A stretch of 19,026 nucleotides of DNA from Chlamydiia bacterium (GTDB taxonomy: Bacteria; Chlamydiota; Chlamydiia; Chlamydiales; JBMOFD01). Below the pieces are notes generated by a model. The model worked only from the letters and a program-made list of their open reading frames with translations, did no database searches and was not told the origin of the DNA. Below are positions 1 through 7,265 of the stretch, one piece after another. The position numbers and the translations under genes were made by a program. The stretch is from positions 1 to 19,026 of the forward strand of contig JBMOFD010000033.1 of NCBI GenBank assembly GCA_049314435.1, read 5' to 3'. Position 1 is the first letter of the stretch, and every line of letters starts with the position of its first letter.

Positions 1-83
1 CATGGGCCTGGCTGACTCCAGGCCAAAAATCCTCCTTCCAGCTAGAGTCAGCCTTACATGGCACATCATGCGAAGGGGCCCCA

Positions 84-812
84 GTGGACATTTGGAGTGG
101 ATTTTTCTCTTGGGAATCTTGGGTGGCTCTTGCCACCCTGACGGCTTTAGAGATCGTTCTAGGTATCGACAACCTCCTCGTTCTTGCGGTCCTTGTTACG
201 AAGGTGCCTTCTGCAAAACAAAGGTCTGTTCGGCTTGTGGGACTCTCTCTAGCCGCCCTCGCCAGGATCGGTCTTCTAGCCACGCTCTATGTGGCGATGC
301 GTTGGACGGCTCCTCTCTTCTCAGTCGACAACATGGGCTTTTCAGGACGAGATCTTCTTCTCATCGCTGGTGGACTCTTTCTTCTTTGGAAAGGCTCTCA
401 AGAGATCTACGTCACCTGCGAGCAGTTCGAAGAGAAGCCATCGAAGGCTCTCAAGCCTCGGAATTCCTTAACGGGGATCTATCTGCAACTCATTCTCTTT
501 GACCTCATCTTCTCTCTAGACTCGGTGATCACCGCAGTCGGGATGACAGCCGACTTTTGGGTCATGGTGACCGCCATCCTTCTCGCACTGCTCGTGATGC
601 TCTGGGCTAGTCGTCCGATTTCACGCTACCTCCTAGAGCACACCTCTCTGAAGGTGCTCGCGCTCTCTTTTCTGATCATGCTGGGAGCTCTCCTGATTGC
701 CGATGGCTTCCAGTTCCACATCCCACGCGGCTACCTCTACTTCGCGATTGCCTTCTCGAGTGCCGTTGAGTTCCTGAACTTCCGACGCCGCCGTGTGGCA
801 AAGAAAAGTTAG
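84..812 (+). CDS. terC: TerC-family integral membrane protein (Mn2+ efflux/metal homeostasis family)
   Basis: Signature motifs TALEIVLGIDNL and DLIFSLDSVITAVG, multiple hydrophobic helices, C-terminal IPRGYLYFAIAFS; GTG start preceded by GAAGGGG (72-78). Confidence 0.93.
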   Translation: MDIWSGFFSWESWVALATLTALEIVLGIDNLLVLAVLVTKVPSAKQRSVRLVGLSLAALARIGLLATLYVAMRWTAPLFSVDNMGFSGRDLLLIAGGLFLLWKGSQEIYVTCEQFEEKPSKALKPRNSLTGIYLQLILFDLIFSLDSVITAVGMTADFWVMVTAILLALLVMLWASRPISRYLLEHTSLKVLALSFLIMLGALLIADGFQFHIPRGYLYFAIAFSSAVEFLNFRRRRVAKKS

Positions 813-850
813 GCCCAAAGGCCATCGGGGAGCTCCGCTCCGAACCAAGC

Positions 851-870
851 TGGAGGACTGACGTCCTCCA
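851..870. terminator. Hairpin between convergent terC and hydrolase genes, possible weak bidirectional terminator
   Basis: TGGAGGAC-tgac-GTCCTCCA, a perfect 8-bp stem; no clear U-tract on either strand. Confidence 0.4.
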
Positions 871-883
871 AGACCTCCCCGAC

Positions 884-1918
884 CTAGCTGCCTGCAGCTA
901 CCCGTTGTTCCTGCTCCTGTAGGAACAGCTCTTCCTCCTGGAGAGAATCCTCATCTGCGTATCTCCGGGCAAAGGCCACTAGGCTGCCTAGAAAACTCTC
1001 GGCGCACTCCTCTTGTGGACTATGCCCACAATTCGGGAACACCCTCAGCTGGGAGCGTCTCAGATCACGGTGGAACCGGTAGGCATTCGATACGGGGACG
1101 AGGTCATCCTTCTGACCCCAGATCACCAGGGACGGAAGCGTGATAGCCCGGAACCCTAGGCTCATCCTCTCAAAGAGGTGGTTATCGAAGGAGGCTAGAA
1201 CTCGAATAGCTGCATGTTTGCCTCCCTCCGCAGCTAAGGGGAGCCAGTAAGCATCGATGGTCTCATCATCGAGTGCTTCCTCATTTTGGAGGCTCTTTCG
1301 TAGCAGGTGAGCAATCGCATCCCGAGAGAGAAGAGGGGCTAGCCAGTCGCCAAGACCCCTTGAGAGGCGAAAGAAGAGGGGCATCTCCTGGGGATAGCCG
1401 ATCGCATCCACGATAGTGATCGACCTCAGAAGGTGGGGCACACGCATCGCAACCCCCAGAGTGATGCACCCTCCCATGCTGTGACCAACGAGGTGAGGCC
1501 GCACGATCTTCTTCTGCTCGATGAAGGCGCGGATCTGATCGACATACAGATCGAAGCAGTAGGGAGCATCTTCGGGCTTGGCGCTCTGGCCAAATCCAAC
1601 CAGGTCGATCGCCCATACATGGAATCCCGCTTGAGCCAACGGCTCGATCACGGAGCGCCAACTAAAGGTGTTCGCTGAAAATCCATGCACGAGGATGACG
1701 TGCTGATTGCCTGAGCCGCTTTCTACGTAGTGCACCTGGTAGGTGCCATGAGGAGCCCGCCACTCCCACTGACCCGAACAGCCGCCACAGGACGGTCCGA
1801 TCTGCGCGCAGCCACCGTCCCCTTCGATTGCGAGATTTTCCGTACGGAGCAGAGCACTGGAGAGCAGAGCACTCCAGCACAACACGACCCGTAGAAATCG
1901 ACCACCAAGGGAGAGCAT
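884..1918 (-). CDS. Alpha/beta-fold hydrolase (MhpC/Abhydrolase_1-like), probably with signal peptide
   Basis: Oxyanion HGF, nucleophile elbow GHSMGG, acid in WGQKDDLVP, catalytic His in CGHSPQEE; hydrophobic N-terminus. Confidence 0.9.
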   Translation of the reverse strand: MLSLGGRFLRVVLCWSALLSSALLRTENLAIEGDGGCAQIGPSCGGCSGQWEWRAPHGTYQVHYVESGSGNQHVILVHGFSANTFSWRSVIEPLAQAGFHVWAIDLVGFGQSAKPEDAPYCFDLYVDQIRAFIEQKKIVRPHLVGHSMGGCITLGVAMRVPHLLRSITIVDAIGYPQEMPLFFRLSRGLGDWLAPLLSRDAIAHLLRKSLQNEEALDDETIDAYWLPLAAEGGKHAAIRVLASFDNHLFERMSLGFRAITLPSLVIWGQKDDLVPVSNAYRFHRDLRRSQLRVFPNCGHSPQEECAESFLGSLVAFARRYADEDSLQEEELFLQEQEQRVAAGS

Positions 1919-2013
1919 CGTTGGCGACCTCCTGCTCGGATTGTGCGTGGGTTCCTACCCGCTTGTCAACGTGACCTCGAGGGGACTGCTGGAAGCCTTG
2001 CAGCGCAAGGCCT

Positions 2014-2316
2014 CTAGTACCAATAGCCCGGTGTGAACGTCCACCCGTAAGTACGTGGTAGCCAGACGCCCGGCCTCCATCTCGCTTCGGGCGCTGGCCG
2101 ATGCACCCACACCCCGGGTGTCCAGCTATAACGATTCCCTGTCCAGCTGTAATAGCCCACCTGCCATGTCCACTGCTCTTCAGGACCGGGACATGGCTCT
2201 GTCTGGTCGATCAGAGCTTGCGGCGGACCGTAGGAGGGAACCGTCACAACGGCGCTATCGCGATGGGCGCAGCCCAGCAGACATACGCCCAGAATCAGTC
2301 CAATCGCTTTCCTCAC
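2014..2316 (-). CDS. WXXGXW (YXWGXW)-repeat lipoprotein
   Basis: GTG start after GAGGGGG gives MRKAIGLILGVCLLGC (lipobox LLGC), a Pro-rich linker, then repeats WQVGYYSW, WTPGVW, WRPGVW, FTPGYW. The ORF-track start 2346 is an alternative. Confidence 0.8.
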   Translation of the reverse strand: MRKAIGLILGVCLLGCAHRDSAVVTVPSYGPPQALIDQTEPCPGPEEQWTWQVGYYSWTGNRYSWTPGVWVHRPAPEARWRPGVWLPRTYGWTFTPGYWY

Positions 2317-2338
2317 CACATCCCCCTCAGGTCGACTC

Positions 2339-2367
2339 TTGCCCATGTCGCCACAAGCTGCGATACT
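2339..2367 (+). promoter_or_regulatory. Putative sigma70/sigma66 promoter for aspS
   Basis: TTGCCC-N17-GATACT with a TGn extended -10 (TG 2359-2360), 27 nt upstream of ATG 2395. Confidence 0.4.
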
Positions 2368-2394
2368 ATCCGCTCACCATCGTTTAGGTCTGCT

Positions 2395-4221
2395 ATGGCA
2401 CAAACAGATTCTCGCACGCTGGCATCCGAGCTCTTGCACAAGAGCGGACAGCCCGTACGCCTCTTAGGTTGGCTTAACACTGTCCGTTCAATGGGCAAGC
2501 TTTGTTTTCTGATCCTACGGGACCGCTCTGGTTTCGCTCAAATCACATTTGAAGACCGCGACCTAGCCAAGAGACTTCTCACTCTACAGCCGGGCTCTGT
2601 TCTCGAGATCGAGGGGATCGTGCGTGAAGCACCCGAGGCTGAAATGAAAGTCGAAGTGGTGCAGCCCACCATTCGGATCCTCTCCTCGGTCCATGACGTC
2701 CCTCCCGTCGAGTACGTCAAACCCAAGATCCCCTCCGATCTGGACCACATCCTCGATCATCGAGCCATTGCTCTACGCAATCGGGAACTGCAAGCCGTTT
2801 TCCGTATCCAGGGCGAGATCGTCCACGCCTACCGCCTCTTCATGCATGACGTCGTCGAGGCCTACGAGTACTTCCCGCCCAACCTCATCGGCGCTAGCTC
2901 CGAGGGCGGCTCAGAGTTCTTCAATGTCGACTACTTTGGCTACACCGCGACGCTAGCCCAGTCGAGTCAGCTCTATAAGCAGATCATGGTCGGCGTCAAT
3001 GAGCGCGTCTTTGCTCTAGCTCCCTTCTTCCGTGCTGAGAACTCCAATACACCCCGCCATCTCACAGAGGGGAAGCAGCTTGAATTCGAGATGGGCTTCT
3101 TCCGCGACTGGACCGAAGTGATGGATGTCCTCGAGGCAAGCCTGAAGTCGATCGTAGGCTATCTTCAGACGCGATGCCAGAAGGAGCTCGCCATCCTCGG
3201 GAATCCCCTCGTTCAGTGCCCAGCCGATGTCCCCTTCCCACGTATTACCTTCAAGGAAGCTCAGGAGCTCTACTTCCAGAAGAGCGGTGTGGATGACCGA
3301 GCTGAACCCGACCTTTCGCCCGCAGCGGAACGCGTCCTCTGTCAGTGGGCACGTGAGGAGCATGGAACTGATCTGGTGTTCATCACCGACTGGCTCACCG
3401 TAAAACGGCCCTTCTACAGCCAGCCCAACGCGGAACACCCCGAGATCACCAACACCTTCGACCTGCTCTGCGCAGGCACCGAGATCGTCTCCGGGGGTGA
3501 GCGGCGTCACACCTATGAATCGATGGTGGAAGGGATCCTCCTCAAGGGGATGAAGCCCGAGCAGTTCACGGACTACCTGAGTATCTTCCGCTACGGGATG
3601 CCGCCTCACGGTGGGTTCGGGCTCGGGCTTGAGCGCCTCACCATGACGCTGCTCCACTTGCCGAACATCCGAGAGGCCTCCCTCTTCCCCTCCGATCCTC
3701 GTCGGATCGCCTCCACTCGGCTACGCAGCCATGTGGTCTACGGAGGTGAAGGGATGCGCAATGAGATCCTGCGCCTCCTGAAGGCCCAACGAGCTGACTT
3801 CAAACACCTACGCCATGATCCGACACCTACCGCCACTGAAGCGACTCGCATGGCCACAGAGCTAGATCTCCAGTCGGTGAAGGCGCTGATCCTCAAGGGT
3901 AAGAACACGAAGAAGAACATCATGGTCTGCATCCCCACACAGAGGAAGTTGGACATGAAGGTCGTCGCTGAGTTCGCCGGAGAGAAGTGCGAGTTTGAGG
4001 ATCCCAAGGTGATCGAAGAGCGCTTTGGACTGATCGTCGGTGGAGTGCCACCCTTTGGCACTCTGATGAGCCTGGACACCTTCTTCGACCAGTCTCTCCT
4101 CACTCATCAGAATGCTGTTTTCAATTGCGGCCTGACCTCCGAATCGATTATCTGTCCGATGAAGACACTCGTCGAACTCGTGCAGCCTAAAACGGCAGAC
4201 TTCTGCCGTGAAGGCGACTAA
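2395..4221 (+). CDS. aspS: Archaeal/eukaryal-type (short, no GAD insertion) aspartate-tRNA ligase fused to a C-terminal YbaK/ProX (INS superfamily) aminoacyl-tRNA deacylase domain; 608 aa
   Basis: OB-fold GWLNTVRSMGKLCFLILRD; SEGG flipping loop; LAQSSQLYKQ; motif 2 FRAENSNTPRHLTE; EIVSGGER; motif 3 GMPPHGGFGLGLERL. From about aa 454 (ATG 3754) a YbaK-like domain with VKALIL, GGVPPFG and VFNCG. Start set at MAQTDSRTL because the upstream 98 codons overlap the opposite-strand lipoprotein. Confidence 0.92.
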   Translation: MAQTDSRTLASELLHKSGQPVRLLGWLNTVRSMGKLCFLILRDRSGFAQITFEDRDLAKRLLTLQPGSVLEIEGIVREAPEAEMKVEVVQPTIRILSSVHDVPPVEYVKPKIPSDLDHILDHRAIALRNRELQAVFRIQGEIVHAYRLFMHDVVEAYEYFPPNLIGASSEGGSEFFNVDYFGYTATLAQSSQLYKQIMVGVNERVFALAPFFRAENSNTPRHLTEGKQLEFEMGFFRDWTEVMDVLEASLKSIVGYLQTRCQKELAILGNPLVQCPADVPFPRITFKEAQELYFQKSGVDDRAEPDLSPAAERVLCQWAREEHGTDLVFITDWLTVKRPFYSQPNAEHPEITNTFDLLCAGTEIVSGGERRHTYESMVEGILLKGMKPEQFTDYLSIFRYGMPPHGGFGLGLERLTMTLLHLPNIREASLFPSDPRRIASTRLRSHVVYGGEGMRNEILRLLKAQRADFKHLRHDPTPTATEATRMATELDLQSVKALILKGKNTKKNIMVCIPTQRKLDMKVVAEFAGEKCEFEDPKVIEERFGLIVGGVPPFGTLMSLDTFFDQSLLTHQNAVFNCGLTSESIICPMKTLVELVQPKTADFCREGD

Positions 4222-4238
4222 CAAACGGACTAGGGAAC

Positions 4239-4469
4239 ATGGGTTATCTCCGCTGGATATGGCTCCTGTTCCCTCTAGCCTGCCAACAGGTCATCACTCG
4301 GCCTAATCCTCAGTTCGCTGTCTATGGGGACTCTCCCCTCTCGCCACCCGCACCTCTACCTGAGACCACCCCGGTTCTCTCACCTGGAGAACAGTGGATC
4401 CCCGGCCATTGGGTAGCCACCGATGCCGGATGGCAGTGGGTTGCCGGGATTGTCATGCCTTGTCCCTGA
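4239..4469 (+). CDS. Small WXXGXW-repeat lipoprotein
   Basis: AGGGA RBS; MGYLRWIWLLFPLAC lipobox-like N-terminus; PPAPLPE linker; QWIPGHW and WQWVAG repeats; 17 nt downstream of the aspS stop. Confidence 0.72.
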   Translation: MGYLRWIWLLFPLACQQVITRPNPQFAVYGDSPLSPPAPLPETTPVLSPGEQWIPGHWVATDAGWQWVAGIVMPCP

Positions 4470-4530
4470 CAAATCAAACTAATGATTTACCTGCTAATGT
4501 CGGGTTTTTCGCATTTTTCCGACAATAGAT

Positions 4531-4563
4531 GCTGGATATGTCGACTCAATCGACATATCCAGC
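4531..4563. repeat. Perfect 14-bp inverted repeat
   Basis: GCTGGATATGTCGA-ctcaa-TCGACATATCCAGC read directly from the sequence. Confidence 0.9.
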
Positions 4564-4880
4564 TAACCCACCGACGCTCGGATTGGTGACTGGCCTGAGT
4601 GTGGACGGCCACGCGCCCAGTAACCTCGTCCGACGGTGAGGCCTCGGCGGCCTCACCTCGCCGGTCGCCTATCTCATTCCCTGCCTTTGCTCTCTTCCGA
4701 TTCTTGTGGTTGCGACAGGCTGCCAGGTATGGCATCCTTTTGTGAGTTCCTTGGGATTTCGTACGGATGACTCACTTTTGTGATGCATCTGCCTTTTCTC
4801 ATGGGAAACCGTTCAATTTAAAAGGGAGCGCGGCTACCCCTTCCCATTATGAGGGAGGCTCCGTCGCGTGCAAGGATAGT

Positions 4881-6971
4881 ATGATCTCGATCTCTGGATT
4901 CGTTATAGGGAGTGCCGTGCTGGCTCTGCTCTATGGCCTCTGGCTGATTCGGTCGGTGATGGCACTCGGGACAGGGACAGAGGCAATGCAGCGCATTGCA
5001 CTCGCCATCCAAGAGGGTGCTAACGCGTACCTCAATCGTCAGTACCGCATGATCAGCATTGTGGGCGTCATCGTCGCCGTCATCCTAGGAGCACTCCTAG
5101 GCTGGCATGTGGCCGTTGGATTCGTTCTAGGCGCTGTTCTATCGGGCATTGCAGGCTATGTAGGAATGAACGTCTCGGTCCGTGCGAACATTCGCACAAC
5201 CGAAGCGGCCCGCCATGGAATGCAGGCTGCCCTTGATGTGGCCTTCCGTTCAGGAGCTGTCACTGGACTGCTCGTCGTGGGCCTAGGTCTTCTTGGCATC
5301 ACAGGCTTCTACCTCTGGATGTCCAATGGCGACGTTGCCATGAGAACCGTTCTGGAATCTCTGGTCGCTCTGAGCTTCGGCGCCTCGCTGATTAGCATCT
5401 TCGCTCGTTTGGGCGGAGGGATCTTCACCAAGGGCGCAGACGTAGGTGCTGACCTTTGTGGGAAGATAGACCTCGCTATCCCTGAGGATGATCCACGCAA
5501 CCCAGCGGTGATCGCCGACAACGTCGGTGACAACGTCGGTGACTGCGCTGGTATGGCCGCTGACCTCTTTGAGACCTACGTGGTCACGATTGTGGGTACG
5601 ATGCTGCTCGCAGCCGTCTACTTCAAAGACGCGTTCCAACAGAGCATGATGATGTACCCCCTCGCTATCGGGGCGGTCTCTGTCCTGGCTTCGATCATAG
5701 GCACATGGTTTGTGCGCCTCGGCAAGAAGCAGAACATCATGGGAGCTCTCTACAAGGGCTTCAATGTGACAGCCATCCTGTCGGCAATAGGTCTCTATGG
5801 CGTCACCAGCTGGATCGTCGGGCTGGACACCCAGTTTGTGGTCAATTCAAAGCTCGTCTCTGGTAGTGCCCTCCTCGTCTGTGGACTGGTTGGCCTAGTT
5901 ACCACAGGCCTCCTGATCTGGATCACCGAGTATTACACCAGCACACGCTACCGCCCCGTGCGTAGCATTGCTGCTGCTAGTGTGACCGGTCACGGCACCA
6001 ACATCATCCAAGGGCTGGCTGTTTCTATGGAGGGCACTGCCCTTCCAGCCTTAGTGATCTCAGGAGCGATCCTGGTTTCCTATATGGCCGCTGACCTCTT
6101 TGGGATTGGGATTGCAGCCACGTCGATGCTAGCGCTGTCTGGCATGGTCGTTGCTCTAGATGCCTACGGTCCTGTGACTGACAACGCCGGTGGTATTGCC
6201 GAGATGGCAGGTCTACCTGCCGATGTCCGCAAGACCACAGATGCTCTGGATGCTGTAGGCAACACGACAAAGGCTGTGACCAAGGGCTATGCCATTGGTT
6301 CTGCCGGACTAGCGTCCCTGGTGCTCTTCTCTGCCTTCATTGAAGACCTGACCCACTACTTCCCTCACCTCGAGTGCACGTTTGCTCTAGAGGATGCGTA
6401 TGTGGTGATTGGTCTCTTCATTGGTGGCCTGCTGCCCTACCTCTTCGGTTCGATGGCCATGATGGCCGTAGGTCGTGCAGCTCAGGCTGTGGTCCTCGAA
6501 GTGCGTCGTCAATTCCGGGAGATCCCCGGTCTGATGGCGGGTACCGGTCGTCCCGATTACGGTCGTGCGGTGGATATCCTCACGAAAGCAGCGATCAGGG
6601 AGATGATCCTCCCCGGCCTGCTGCCCGTGGTCGCACCAGTCCTCCTCTTTGGCATCATCGCCGGATTGGTGGGCATGCATGAGGGATTCATCTGCCTCGG
6701 CTCGATGCTGCTCGGCATCGTGGTCACAGGTCTCTTCGTAGCGCTCTCCATGACCACTGGTGGTGGTGCGTGGGATAACGCGAAGAAGTACATCGAAGAG
6801 GGTCATTACGGTGGCAAGGGCTCAGAGGCTCATAAGGCTGCCGTCACAGGTGACACTGTAGGCGATCCCTACAAAGACACCGCAGGTCCTGCCATCAATC
6901 CGATGATCAAGATCGCGAACATCGTCGCTCTTCTCTTGCTAGCCATTGTCAGCAAGTTCAGCGGCCACTAA
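4881..6971 (+). CDS. hppA: Membrane-bound H+-translocating pyrophosphatase, K+-independent type (696 aa)
   Basis: [82 protein letters not shown] carries the Lys/Thr determinant of K+ independence; AAGGA RBS before ATG 4881. Confidence 0.96.
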   Translation: MISISGFVIGSAVLALLYGLWLIRSVMALGTGTEAMQRIALAIQEGANAYLNRQYRMISIVGVIVAVILGALLGWHVAVGFVLGAVLSGIAGYVGMNVSVRANIRTTEAARHGMQAALDVAFRSGAVTGLLVVGLGLLGITGFYLWMSNGDVAMRTVLESLVALSFGASLISIFARLGGGIFTKGADVGADLCGKIDLAIPEDDPRNPAVIADNVGDNVGDCAGMAADLFETYVVTIVGTMLLAAVYFKDAFQQSMMMYPLAIGAVSVLASIIGTWFVRLGKKQNIMGALYKGFNVTAILSAIGLYGVTSWIVGLDTQFVVNSKLVSGSALLVCGLVGLVTTGLLIWITEYYTSTRYRPVRSIAAASVTGHGTNIIQGLAVSMEGTALPALVISGAILVSYMAADLFGIGIAATSMLALSGMVVALDAYGPVTDNAGGIAEMAGLPADVRKTTDALDAVGNTTKAVTKGYAIGSAGLASLVLFSAFIEDLTHYFPHLECTFALEDAYVVIGLFIGGLLPYLFGSMAMMAVGRAAQAVVLEVRRQFREIPGLMAGTGRPDYGRAVDILTKAAIREMILPGLLPVVAPVLLFGIIAGLVGMHEGFICLGSMLLGIVVTGLFVALSMTTGGGAWDNAKKYIEEGHYGGKGSEAHKAAVTGDTVGDPYKDTAGPAINPMIKIANIVALLLLAIVSKFSGH

Positions 6972-6981
6972 TCAACTTTAT

Positions 6982-7014
6982 AGGGAAGGCCGAACGGCCT
7001 TCCCTTTCTCTTTT
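6982..7014 (+). terminator. Rho-independent terminator of hppA
   Basis: AGGGAAGGCC-gaac-GGCCTTCCCT followed by TTCTCTTTT, 10 nt after the stop codon. Confidence 0.9.
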
Positions 7015-7132
7015 CGACTCACTTGTAGATCATTCTGAAGAGCGCCTAAACGCTCTCACGCTTCTGCAGACTGCGTCATGTGATCCTAGATAGCTCTTCG
7101 AATGACCTGGCTATTTGATCAGCCAGAAATGG

Positions 7133-7161
7133 TTTACACACGCAGAGCCGTATTGCATACT
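7133..7161 (+). promoter_or_regulatory. Putative sigma70/sigma66 promoter
   Basis: TTTACA-N17-CATACT, about 105 nt upstream of ATG 7266. Confidence 0.45.
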
Positions 7162-7265
7162 CGGCAAGACTGACCTCTATCAGACAGATCATCTACAATC
7201 TACTGTGAGACGGGTCACGCTATCACCAAATGAATGAAAACAACTAATTGTCTTACAAGGATACG

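Noticed and set aside
1..83. yybP-ykoY Mn2+ riboswitch upstream of terC
   Set aside because: The GGGGAGUA, CGUCA and GCRAGACC consensus elements are not visible in the available sequence.
2101..2394. 98-aa N-terminal extension of AspRS in the ORF track
   Set aside because: It overlaps the opposite-strand lipoprotein and the likely promoter; homology begins at MAQTDSRTL.
4559..4635. c-di-AMP (ydaO) riboswitch suggested by CAGCTAACC and TAACCTCGT
   Set aside because: The required upstream elements (GCUGAAUCC, GGAACC, GGGG, GUAGGG) are absent.
4487..4735. 82-aa minus-strand ORF
   Set aside because: No motif, AAGG abuts the ATG (no usable spacing), and it runs through perfect palindromes.
5517..5543. 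12-bp tandem repeat GACAACGTCGGT
   Set aside because: It encodes the conserved DNVGDNVGD motif of membrane pyrophosphatases.
7023..7206. Cas12a-like repeat fragments (TTGTAGAT, TCTACTGT)
   Set aside because: No direct-repeat/spacer array and no cas genes; only short chance matches.
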